Below, one piece after another: positions 8,006-17,101 of a DNA stretch of 32,000 bases. The position numbers and the translations under genes are program-made. The stretch's first letter is position 1, and each line of letters opens with the position of its first letter. The DNA comes from Candidatus Arthromitus sp. SFB-rat-Yit (GTDB taxonomy: Bacteria; Bacillota; Clostridia; Clostridiales; Clostridiaceae). The notes under the pieces were generated by a model. That model was given only the letters and a program-made list of their open reading frames with translations. It ran no database searches and was not told the DNA's origin. The DNA is taken from positions 750,001-782,000 of the forward strand of contig NC_016012.1 of assembly GCF_000283555.1 (NCBI RefSeq). The letters are read 5' to 3'.

Positions 8006-11000
8006 TTATAATTTTACCTTAAATGTTTTAATTTCAAATGGCTTTATTTCAAATTCAAAAGTATCTTTATTTGGAACAATTGTTTCCAAATTGTTTTCTA
8101 GTAAATCACATTCATATACATCTTTTATATTTTTTGCAAGCTTTAAAGACGCATTAGTTCGTTTATTGTGGAATTCATATAATCTAATTATCAAGTGTTC
8201 TGAATCTTCTGCTTTTTTGATTACTTCAATTATTATATTTTCTTTATTTACCTTAGCTAAGCTTAAATTAATATCTAGCTCTCCATCGTGAGGATCACAT
8301 ACTTTTGCAAATAATTTTGTATTTAAATTATGTGCAAGTTGAACAGTTTTAGATTCTTTCCATGTTTTATCATGTGAATATATTGAATATGTGAAAAAAT
8401 GTTCTTCTTTATCAGCATCTGGATTAGGATCACATGTTGATTTTAATAGTGTAAGTCTAATATTTCCATTTTTAATATCATGTCCATATTTAGAATCATT
8501 TAATAAAGACACCCCAAAATCACCTTCAGATAAATCAGCCCATTTATGTCCACAAACTTCAAACGCTGCAAGTTCCCATGAAGTATTATTGTGTGTAGGT
8601 CTAGTTACATTTCCATATTGTATTTCATAAGTAGCTTCTTTTGTATTGATATCAACAGGGAATAAAACTTTTACAAGCACATCACTTTCTTTCCAATCAA
8701 CATAAGTTTCAAAGTCTATTCTTTCGATATCATTATAAATGTGAACGTTTTGAATAATAGTTGAATCTAAGAACTTTCTTTTAATCTTAAGAGTGCTTCT
8801 AACAGGTCCATTTTCTGTGATTTCAATATTTTGAACATCGTCAATTAACCACATTTTTTCTTTATAATAAATATCTATATCCCAGTTATCAAAACACATT
8901 GGTTTATCTTCAAAAGCTTGAAGTTGATTTCCAATACATCCATCTTTAAGTATCTCTCTATTTTGTAGTTTATTTATAAGTGAAATTATTTGTCCCTTAT
9001 CATCAAATTTAATTTTAAAGAATTTATTTTCAGCCAAATCATTTGTAAGAGTAAGATCTGTTTTAATTTTTACATCGCTTGCTTCAACAATTTTAAATGT
9101 TTTATATCCGTTAGCAGGTATATTTTTACCAAAGAATATGGCCTTGGAATCACCTATTAGTTGACAAACAACTTTATCTCCATTTTCATCAATTAATAAT
9201 GGATGTTTTATGTTATTCGGAACATCGAATTCTACAATATCATCTCTATCAAATCCTAAAGTATTAAATACAATGACACTTTGATCTTTTAAATTTACTT
9301 TATCTGAAATATCGTTAATTGTATTATCAATTGATTTATTAACTTTATCAAGCAATTCTCTATATTCAATTTGAGTTACATCATAAACATCTTTTATAGA
9401 TGATCCTGGAATTATATCATGGAATTGATTTAATAATATTGTCTCCCACGAATTATTTATTTCTTGTTGATCATAGTTTCCACCTAAAATCATGGATAGT
9501 GAACTAAGTTTTTCTAGAGACAAATAAAGATTTTCACATTTTCTATTATCTCTCTTATTTCTAGCCATAGATGTGTATGTTCCTCTATGATACTCAAGAT
9601 ACAATTCACCAACCCATTTTGGCAATTTTTTATGTTTTGAAATTTTATTTTCTAAGTTTTCAAAGAAATCTAAAGAAGTACCCATTTTAACTCGAGGAGC
9701 TCCTGGTATTCCCCTAGAGAGCCTTCTTCCGTTTTCTAGCATCTCAAGAGTAGCGCCACCGCCACCGTCTCCCCATCCAAATGAAATCAAAACATCGTTT
9801 GTTAGATTTTTATTTTGGAATCTTCTCCAACTTCCCATGATAGCATCTGGTTGAATATGTCCATTATAGGTAGTGAAAAATGAATCTCTATTTTGACCTG
9901 GACCTGACGTAGTTATAAAATAAGTGAGAATTTCACTTCCGTCTATTCCTTGCCACATAAACGTATCATTAGGAATTTTGTTAAACTGATTCCATGAAAT
10001 TTTAGTTGTCATAAAATATTTAATTCCAGATTTTTTTAGAATTTGTGGAATTGCTGCAGAGTATCCAAACACATCAGGAAGCCACAAAATTTTATTATCA
10101 ACTCCAAATTCTTCCTTAAAGAATCTTTTTCCATGAACAATTTGTCGTACTAACGATTCTCCAGAAGTTACGTTACAATCTGATTCAACCCACATAGCAC
10201 CTTCTGGTTCCCAAACTCCTTGTTTAATCTTATCTTTAACTTTTTCATACACCTTAGGATGATCTTCTTTAAGCATTTTATATAATTGAGGTTGGGATGA
10301 CATAAATACATACTCTGGATATTCTTCCATCAATTTAAGTACTGTTGAAAAACTTCTAGCAACCTTTTCTCTTGTTTGAGCTACTGTCCATAACCAAGCT
10401 ACATCTATGTGAGTATGACCAACACAAGTTGCTATAACATCTTCATGACCGCATAACTCTCCATAAAATTTATCTTCTAAAAATTCATTAGTTTTCTTTA
10501 TGCTTTCATTATATTCTTTTGAATAAGGTTTTCTTAAATCAATAATATTTATAGCATCATTTAATACTGTTATCATATCAATTCTGTTTTTATCTTCTTT
10601 GTCAAGTTCTTTACAAACATCAATAGGTACTTTTAAGTTCCAGTAAAGTTCTCTTGCATTCATATCGATAACAACAAATTTTCCGTTTAATGTTGCTTTT
10701 TTATCTGAAAGCATACCTGCATATGCATGCAAATCAATATCATATTTTTCTCCAGCTACAGCATTATGAGTTAATATAATTTCTCTATGATTTATATCAA
10801 CTCCTTGAATATGCTCACCATTAATATAAATTATAAATTGTGGATTCGTAGCATCCCAACCTTCGTCAAAAGTTGAGAGATTTAAAGCGATTGTTTGCCC
10901 ATTAAAATTTTCTGGAACAGTAACACTGAATTTAAACCATCCATGACAATCTCGTCCTCCCCACAAATCTCCACTTTTAAACTCTACCCATTTATCTTCA

Positions 11001-11146
11001 CTGACTTCTTTTATCAAATCAATATTGTGGTAATTTCCATCAACATACATAAAAGTATCAATATTAATTATATTCTTATATATATGTTTTTGAATTTCTC
11101 TACAAATTTTATCAATTCTTTCTAATAAATAAGTCATTTTAAACAA
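8006..11146 (-). CDS. Alpha-mannosidase, glycoside hydrolase family 38
   Basis: CVGHTHIDVAWLWTVAQTREKVARSFSTVLKLM (HxD metal-binding motif), WVESDCNVTSGESLVRQIVHGKRFF, LWLPDVFGYSAAIPQIL, LLNQFHDIIPGSSI. No signal peptide. Confidence 0.96.
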   Translation of the reverse strand: MFKMTYLLERIDKICREIQKHIYKNIINIDTFMYVDGNYHNIDLIKEVSEDKWVEFKSGDLWGGRDCHGWFKFSVTVPENFNGQTIALNLSTFDEGWDATNPQFIIYINGEHIQGVDINHREIILTHNAVAGEKYDIDLHAYAGMLSDKKATLNGKFVVIDMNARELYWNLKVPIDVCKELDKEDKNRIDMITVLNDAINIIDLRKPYSKEYNESIKKTNEFLEDKFYGELCGHEDVIATCVGHTHIDVAWLWTVAQTREKVARSFSTVLKLMEEYPEYVFMSSQPQLYKMLKEDHPKVYEKVKDKIKQGVWEPEGAMWVESDCNVTSGESLVRQIVHGKRFFKEEFGVDNKILWLPDVFGYSAAIPQILKKSGIKYFMTTKISWNQFNKIPNDTFMWQGIDGSEILTYFITTSGPGQNRDSFFTTYNGHIQPDAIMGSWRRFQNKNLTNDVLISFGWGDGGGGATLEMLENGRRLSRGIPGAPRVKMGTSLDFFENLENKISKHKKLPKWVGELYLEYHRGTYTSMARNKRDNRKCENLYLSLEKLSSLSMILGGNYDQQEINNSWETILLNQFHDIIPGSSIKDVYDVTQIEYRELLDKVNKSIDNTINDISDKVNLKDQSVIVFNTLGFDRDDIVEFDVPNNIKHPLLIDENGDKVVCQLIGDSKAIFFGKNIPANGYKTFKIVEASDVKIKTDLTLTNDLAENKFFKIKFDDKGQIISLINKLQNREILKDGCIGNQLQAFEDKPMCFDNWDIDIYYKEKMWLIDDVQNIEITENGPVRSTLKIKRKFLDSTIIQNVHIYNDIERIDFETYVDWKESDVLVKVLFPVDINTKEATYEIQYGNVTRPTHNNTSWELAAFEVCGHKWADLSEGDFGVSLLNDSKYGHDIKNGNIRLTLLKSTCDPNPDADKEEHFFTYSIYSHDKTWKESKTVQLAHNLNTKLFAKVCDPHDGELDINLSLAKVNKENIIIEVIKKAEDSEHLIIRLYEFHNKRTNASLKLAKNIKDVYECDLLENNLETIVPNKDTFEFEIKPFEIKTFKVKL

Positions 11147-11158
11147 TCTCCTCTTTTA

Positions 11159-12118
11159 TTACTCTTTTACGGCTCCAACAGTGAGTCCGCTTACAAAATA
11201 TTTTTGAAAAAATGGATACGCACATATTACTGGCAATGTTGATATTACAACAATAGCCATTTTTATTGTATCTTTTGGTAATTTTGACGCTTGTTCAACG
11301 GCAGTTATACCAAGACTAGAGGAATTATTAGTTAAAAACTCTATAGATTTTTCTAATTTTACAAGCAAATATTGAAGTGGCATCAAACTATTATTATCTA
11401 TATAAAGCATGGCATTAAACCAATCATTCCAAAAACCTAAAGTTAAAAATAATGCTATTGTTGTTATTGCTGGAAGTGATATTGGTAAAACTATCTTTAA
11501 AAATAAGAACCATTCAGATGCTCCATCAATTTTTGCAGATTCAATGATTGCATCTGGAACAGTGGTTTTAAAGAATGTTCTTAGAATTATAATATGGAAA
11601 GAACTAACGCAAAGAGGTAAAATAAGTGCTAGCAAATTATTTTTCAACCCCAAAAATCTAGTAACAACTAAATATGATGCTACCATACCTCCTGAAAACA
11701 ACATAGGTATAAATATAAGCTTTGTGAAAAAATTCCTGTAAGCAAAATTTTTGCGTGATAAAGCATATGCATATGTTGTCATTATTACTAACCCAAGAAA
11801 AGTACCTGTTACTGTAACAAGTATCGTAATTCCATACGCATTTAAAATATTGCTTCCTGATGTAAAAATATATTTGTAAGCATCAAGACTCCATTCAGAA
11901 GGCCAAAATTGATAACCATTTAATTGAAGTGATTGTTCACTCGTAAATGAAATAATAACAACAAATATAAATGGAATGATACACAGTGCGGATAATATTA
12001 TAAATAACAAATTGAACGTAAAATTAGTTTTTCGAGATATAGCATTAAATTTCATAACCTTTTCTTCTGGCTGTGGTGCCTTTTTATTTTTTGATACTCT
12101 ACTCATAAATCCAATCAC
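11159..12118 (-). CDS. Carbohydrate ABC transporter permease (LplC/YtcP type)
   Basis: Multiple TM segments; EAA-like loop IIESAKIDGASEWFLFLKIVLPISLPAITTI. Confidence 0.93.
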   Translation of the reverse strand: MIGFMSRVSKNKKAPQPEEKVMKFNAISRKTNFTFNLLFIILSALCIIPFIFVVIISFTSEQSLQLNGYQFWPSEWSLDAYKYIFTSGSNILNAYGITILVTVTGTFLGLVIMTTYAYALSRKNFAYRNFFTKLIFIPMLFSGGMVASYLVVTRFLGLKNNLLALILPLCVSSFHIIILRTFFKTTVPDAIIESAKIDGASEWFLFLKIVLPISLPAITTIALFLTLGFWNDWFNAMLYIDNNSLMPLQYLLVKLEKSIEFLTNNSSSLGITAVEQASKLPKDTIKMAIVVISTLPVICAYPFFQKYFVSGLTVGAVKE

Positions 12119-12126
12119 CTCTTTTA

Positions 12127-13104
12127 TTAAAAGAATGCATTTTCTTTATCAACCTTTCTAACTATTCCATTTGTAACTAAAATAAGAATTAGTCCAACAA
12201 AAGATTGGTATAAAGCGGCAGCAGAACTCATACCGATATCCCCTAGGTTAATAAGTCCTCTGTAGACATAAGTATCAATAACATTTGTAACAGAATATAA
12301 TGCTCCAGAATCTTTTGGAAGTTGATAAAACAATCCAAAATCAGCTCTAAATATTCCACCAACAGCTGTTATGAACATAATTATTAAAACAGGTTTTAAT
12401 AAAGGTAAAGTAATATACTTTATTTGTTGAAATTTGTTTGCACCATCTATCATAGCAGCTTCAAAATACGATTTATCTATACCACAAATAGAAGCTAAAT
12501 AAACAACTGTTCCATAACCAACACCTTTCCACTGACTCATAAAGATAATTATAAAAACCCAATATTTCGGTTCTGTATACCAAGATATCCGATCTCCACC
12601 TAAAGAAGTAATTATACTGTTTAAATATCCTTTATCTGGACTCAAAAAAGTATATAAACAATAACTTACTACTACCCAAGACAGAAAGTATGGAAGAAAC
12701 ATTGCGCTCTGATAAAATTTTGATAACTTTTTATTTAATAGTTCTTTTAAAAGAATTGCAAGTGTTACAGGAACAACTATACCTAAAATTATAAAAGCCA
12801 TATTGTAAAGAATGGTATTCTTTGTAATGAGCCATGCATCACTGCTTCCAAATAAAAATTTAAAATTCTGTAATCCAACCCATTCACTTTTAATTAAACT
12901 CTCTAAAAATCCTCCATGAATTCTCCAATTTTTAAAAGCTAAAATTATACCGAACATAGGTAAATACGCAAAAACCAAGAACCAAAGTGTACCCGGAATT
13001 GTAAGAAATAAAAGCTCTTTATTCTCTCTGAAAGTTTTAAGTTTAGATTTCTTTTTAACTTTATTAGAATTCTTAACCCTAGACAAACAACTCAACCCCT
13101 TCAT
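12127..13104 (-). CDS. Carbohydrate ABC transporter permease (LplB/YteP type)
   Basis: YFEAAMIDGANKFQQIKYITLPLLKPVLIIMFI EAA loop; 6-TM pattern. The N-terminus may start a few codons downstream of the annotated Met. Confidence 0.93.
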   Translation of the reverse strand: MKGLSCLSRVKNSNKVKKKSKLKTFRENKELLFLTIPGTLWFLVFAYLPMFGIILAFKNWRIHGGFLESLIKSEWVGLQNFKFLFGSSDAWLITKNTILYNMAFIILGIVVPVTLAILLKELLNKKLSKFYQSAMFLPYFLSWVVVSYCLYTFLSPDKGYLNSIITSLGGDRISWYTEPKYWVFIIIFMSQWKGVGYGTVVYLASICGIDKSYFEAAMIDGANKFQQIKYITLPLLKPVLIIMFITAVGGIFRADFGLFYQLPKDSGALYSVTNVIDTYVYRGLINLGDIGMSSAAALYQSFVGLILILVTNGIVRKVDKENAFF

Positions 13105-13211
13105 ATATATTTGTGTATATCTTTTAACCGAACAATTAAACTATAACATATAACAATCATTGCTTTGAGTTTAAAAATTTTAGATTTAGTGAACAAATTA
13201 AGGATTCAAAA

Positions 13212-13250
13212 AAAGTCTTTATATTTTTATAAAATAAATATAAAGACTTT
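13212..13250 (-). terminator. Terminator of the response-regulator gene
   Basis: Perfect 15-bp stem AAAGTCTTTATATTT/AAATATAAAGACTTT, 9-nt loop, 7-T run on the minus strand, just after the stop at 13255. Confidence 0.88.
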
Positions 13251-13254
13251 AATT

Positions 13255-14781
13255 TTAATATTTTTTCATATTTCTCAAAGTTGATGGACATACACCAAAA
13301 TACTTTTTAAATTTTCTATAAAAATAACTTGTATCTATATATCCAACAGATTTTGCAATATCATTAATCTTCATATTTGTATTTAATATGAGATCCTTTG
13401 CTTTGTTATTTTTTATCTTGTTTAAATATTCAGAAAATGAAACACCAACTTCTTTAGTAAATATTTGTCCTAAATAAGAACTATTTATATTGTATTTTTG
13501 TGCAAGTGTTTTCAAACTTAACTCCTCATTGTAATTTTTATTTATAACATTAATAACTTGTCTAATTATAGGGCTGTAACAAATATCAGCATTAACCATA
13601 AGATTAATAAGTTCTCTAAGTTCATATATAACAAATTTTTTGATATTTTCTTTGTTGTTCTCATTACAAAGTTCCAATATTATATTGCTTAAACTATCAT
13701 CTTCATATTTATCATTTATTTTTTCAAGTTTAAATTCTTCAAGTATGTTATGTATTAAAAATATGATTTTTATGCAAAAATCGTAAATATTTTTAGGTGT
13801 TAGTTCATTATTATCAAAAATATCTTCAATATAATTTTTAAGTTCGTAAAAATTGCGTTTTATTATCAATTTGTTTATAGTCTCAAGTTCTTTTGTAAAT
13901 GTAATGGTATTATTAACATACTTTAATGAGTGCCTATCCAAGCATATATTTTTCCCCTCTGTAAGCATGTATTTATTTAAAGCCATAGCTATATTATAAG
14001 TAAATTCAATTTCATCAATGCTATCTGTTAAATCACCTATTGATATAAAAATATCTTGTTTAAGAGTTCCTATTATTTTGTTTTTAAGTTTTTCATAGAA
14101 ATTCTTTACCTTTGAATATTTAATGTCTTTTTCCCACGAATTTATTAAAATTATCTGCCCATCATATCTATGTAAAATTTCATATCCTTCTATGAAGATT
14201 TCTTTAAATATAGCTTCTATAAAAATAGTTAAATCATTTTTGTTCTTATTTATAAATGTTATGATTGCAACTGTGTAGTTTCTATTTTCAAGAGGAAAAC
14301 CTAAATAATTTTTTATTTTTACCAATTCTTTTTTATAAATATTTCCATTTATATATTGAAAAAGAATTCTATTTTTAGTTAATATCTTGTTTTCAATATC
14401 CCTATCATTATTTATATCTATAATTATTTTCTCTAAGGTAAGCTTAAGTTCAGTTTTATCTATAGGTTTTAAAATATAATTATCAGCACCGTATTTCAAA
14501 GCTTCTTTTACATAAGAAAATTTATCGTATCCACTGATGATAACAAATCTTGTTTTATTGTTAATAGATTTAATATGTTTAAGTAATTCAAGTCCATTTA
14601 AATATGGTATATTGATATCACTAATAATGATATCAACTGGATCTTCTATAAATTTTTTAATAGCATCATTTCTGTTATTCGATATTTTTGTGATTTTAAG
14701 TCCAAGCTCATTCCAATTTAATATCTCTATTAAATCTTTAATTATTAAATTTTCATCATAAACCAACATAACTTTATTCAT
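13255..14781 (-). CDS. YesN-type response regulator (REC + AraC-family DNA-binding domain), no adjacent histidine kinase
   Basis: Receiver-like MNKVMLVYDENLIIKDLIEIL...PVDIIISDINIPYLNGLELLKHIK...FVIISGYDKFSYVKEALKYGADNYILKPI; C-terminal AraC motifs LAQKYNINSSYLGQIFTKEVGVSFSEYLN and IAKSVGYIDTSYFYRKFKKYFGVCPSTLR. Start at MNKVMLV (CAT 14779-14781). Confidence 0.9.
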   Translation of the reverse strand: MNKVMLVYDENLIIKDLIEILNWNELGLKITKISNNRNDAIKKFIEDPVDIIISDINIPYLNGLELLKHIKSINNKTRFVIISGYDKFSYVKEALKYGADNYILKPIDKTELKLTLEKIIIDINNDRDIENKILTKNRILFQYINGNIYKKELVKIKNYLGFPLENRNYTVAIITFINKNKNDLTIFIEAIFKEIFIEGYEILHRYDGQIILINSWEKDIKYSKVKNFYEKLKNKIIGTLKQDIFISIGDLTDSIDEIEFTYNIAMALNKYMLTEGKNICLDRHSLKYVNNTITFTKELETINKLIIKRNFYELKNYIEDIFDNNELTPKNIYDFCIKIIFLIHNILEEFKLEKINDKYEDDSLSNIILELCNENNKENIKKFVIYELRELINLMVNADICYSPIIRQVINVINKNYNEELSLKTLAQKYNINSSYLGQIFTKEVGVSFSEYLNKIKNNKAKDLILNTNMKINDIAKSVGYIDTSYFYRKFKKYFGVCPSTLRNMKKY

Positions 14782-15028
14782 AATAAATCTACACACCTTT
14801 ACATGGTATTTTATACTAATAATTTTTACCATTATCATTTGTCATTAGAGATACACTATATCTTTAATCAACTTTTGATAGAATACTTTTTTCTCAAGTC
14901 CAATTATATCCATTAAACTATTATTATATATTTTATTTTGAATTTTATTATTTATTAATAAGTAATATGGGATAAATTAATTTTTAATGGACTTATTATA
15001 TAATTTCAATTAAATTATACAGTAATGT

Positions 15029-15057
15029 TTGAAAATGTAAACCTTTTAAATTATATT
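15029..15057 (+). promoter_or_regulatory. Sigma-A-type promoter for the DUF624-GH125 transcript
   Basis: -35 TTGAAA (15029-15034), 17-bp spacer, -10 TATATT (15052-15057), about 35 bp upstream of the start codon. Confidence 0.6.
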
Positions 15058-15094
15058 ATTATTAGTTTAATAGAAAACTTTTTGGAGGCGATGT

Positions 15095-15778
15095 ATGTTA
15101 AACGAAATTTTTAATTTTGAAAAATTATTTGATACTTTTAATTATGTATTTTGGTTTTTCATACTTAATCTTCTATTTTGGATATTTAATATTCCAATTA
15201 TACTATTTTTTGTATTTATAGGAATCGGTGGAATAACCACATATTTTCCATTATTTTTAGTATGTTTATTGCCAACTGCTCCAATGTTTACAGTGATACT
15301 ATATTGTGTAAATAAAATTTATAAGAATAAAACTATTTCTCTAGTAGCTGATTTTATAAGGGGAGTTAAATTAAATTTTGTGCAAGCATTAGTTATGTGG
15401 GCGATTGAACTGATAATTATATTTATTCTTTATTCAAATATTAAATTTTTCACAATTATATTTAAAAGTTTAATATTAAATGGAATATTTGTGGGTATTT
15501 TAATTTTACTTGCTATTATCACACCGTTTTTATTTTTAATCATTAGTAGATTCTCAATGAAAAATATTGAAGTGTTAAGACTTAGTTTTACTTTAACATT
15601 TACAAGGCCTATTTTAACTATAACAAATATACTTCTAATACTTGTGTTTTTGATTTTATTTGAAATTAATAGTGCAATTTTATTATTTGTTTCATCTATA
15701 TTTGCTTTTTGTTTAGTTTTTGTAAATAGGACTGTATTCAAAGAACTTGAAGATATATCAAAAAGAAATAATGAGTAA
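15095..15778 (+). CDS. DUF624 / YesL-family membrane protein
   Basis: MLNEIFNFEKLFDTFNYVFWFFILNLLFWIFNIPI start, multiple TM segments, position in a sugar-uptake cluster; preceded by TTTGGAGG. Confidence 0.75.
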   Translation: MLNEIFNFEKLFDTFNYVFWFFILNLLFWIFNIPIILFFVFIGIGGITTYFPLFLVCLLPTAPMFTVILYCVNKIYKNKTISLVADFIRGVKLNFVQALVMWAIELIIIFILYSNIKFFTIIFKSLILNGIFVGILILLAIITPFLFLIISRFSMKNIEVLRLSFTLTFTRPILTITNILLILVFLILFEINSAILLFVSSIFAFCLVFVNRTVFKELEDISKRNNE

Positions 15779-15784
15779 GAAAGG

Positions 15785-17086
15785 ATGTTTATTGTGAGTA
15801 CAAAACAAAATTTAAATACATTAAAAGATGTTATTAAAAAAATAGCAACCGACTTATATAACAATATTCATAATGAAAAACTTAAAAAAATGTTTTACAA
15901 CTGTTTTATAAATACTATTGAAACCACGATGAGTTTCGAAGAAAATGACACATTTGTAATTACTGGAGATATTCCAGCGATGTGGCTTAGAGATTCAACT
16001 TCTCAAGTAGAACATTATTTGCCTTTTATAAAAAAGTATCCTGAACTAAAAGATATATTTGTTGGATTAATTAATAGGCAGGTTAAATGTATTTTAATTG
16101 ATCCTTATGCAAATGCATTCAACAAGGAGCCAAATGGAAACAAATGGGATAATGATATCACTGAAGATAGTCCTTGGGTGTGGGAAAGAAAATATGAAAT
16201 AGATTCACTTTGCTTTCCAATAAGACTTATGTATAAATATTGGAAGGAATCATCTGATTCTAGTTTCTTTAACGACGATATTTTAAAAGTTTTTAAAATG
16301 ATAATTGATCTTTGGAAAACTGAGCAATATCATTTCGAGAAATCAAAATATAGTTTCCAAAGATTGAACTGTGCTGAAAGTGATACTTTGTCTAATAATG
16401 GACTTGGAAATCCTGTTACTTATACTGGTATGACTTGGTCAGGATTTAGACCTAGTGATGATTCTTGTAAATATGGATATCTTGTTCCATCCAATATGTT
16501 TTGTGTTGTTGTGCTATCTTATATAGCAGAGATAGCTTCTGAAATTTATTTTGATAACGATTTGAGTGAGATCGCTCTTACTCTTAGAGATGAAATTGAG
16601 AATGGTATAAATAAGTTTGCAATTATTGAACATGAAAATTTCGGGAAAATATACGCGTATGAAGTTGATGGATTTGGAAATTTTAATTTGATGGATGATG
16701 CAAATGTTCCAAGTTTACTTTCTATACCATACATTGGATATAAAAATTTTAATGATGAAATTTACCAAAATACAAGAAATTTTATTTTAAGTAAAAACAA
16801 TCCTTATTATTACGAAGGATCTTTTGCATCAGGAATTGGAAGCCCTCATACTCCAGAAAATTATATATGGCACATAGCTTTATGTATACAAGGAATTACG
16901 AGCGAGAATAAAGATGAGATTGAAAAATTAATAAATATACTTGTCGATTGTGATGGCGACACTAATTATATGCATGAAGGATTTAATAAAGATAATCCAA
17001 AAGAATTTACTCGTGATTGGTTTGCTTGGGCAAATTCACTTTTTGCAGATTTTATCTATAAAAAACTAATAAAAGAGCAATCATAA
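15785..17086 (+). CDS. Glycoside hydrolase family 125 (exo-alpha-1,6-mannosidase family)
   Basis: [116 protein letters not shown]. No signal peptide. Confidence 0.93.
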   Translation: MFIVSTKQNLNTLKDVIKKIATDLYNNIHNEKLKKMFYNCFINTIETTMSFEENDTFVITGDIPAMWLRDSTSQVEHYLPFIKKYPELKDIFVGLINRQVKCILIDPYANAFNKEPNGNKWDNDITEDSPWVWERKYEIDSLCFPIRLMYKYWKESSDSSFFNDDILKVFKMIIDLWKTEQYHFEKSKYSFQRLNCAESDTLSNNGLGNPVTYTGMTWSGFRPSDDSCKYGYLVPSNMFCVVVLSYIAEIASEIYFDNDLSEIALTLRDEIENGINKFAIIEHENFGKIYAYEVDGFGNFNLMDDANVPSLLSIPYIGYKNFNDEIYQNTRNFILSKNNPYYYEGSFASGIGSPHTPENYIWHIALCIQGITSENKDEIEKLINILVDCDGDTNYMHEGFNKDNPKEFTRDWFAWANSLFADFIYKKLIKEQS

Positions 17087-17100
17087 TTATGATTGCTCTT
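17073..17100. terminator. Bidirectional terminator between convergent GH125 and GH31 genes, overlapping the GH125 stop codon
   Basis: Perfect 12-bp arms AAGAGCAATCAT/ATGATTGCTCTT with a 4-nt AATT loop; TAA of GH125 is 17084-17086, GH31 stop is 17102-17104; T-rich on both sides. Confidence 0.88.
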
Positions 17101-17101
17101 T

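Noticed and set aside
8091-8630. Plus-strand ORFs antisense to GH38 (8091-8291, 8391-8630), also 10895-11125
   Set aside because: Fully inside the GH38 gene and Ser/Leu-rich as expected of reverse frames.
11409-11741. Plus-strand ORFs 11409-11741 and 11976-12161 over the permease gene
   Set aside because: Shadow ORFs of a clear LplC-type permease.
15430-15864. Minus-strand 144-aa ORF over DUF624/GH125
   Set aside because: Spans two well-supported plus-strand genes, no independent start signals or motif.
16546-16734. Minus-strand 62-aa ORF inside GH125
   Set aside because: Shadow ORF within the GH125 coding region.
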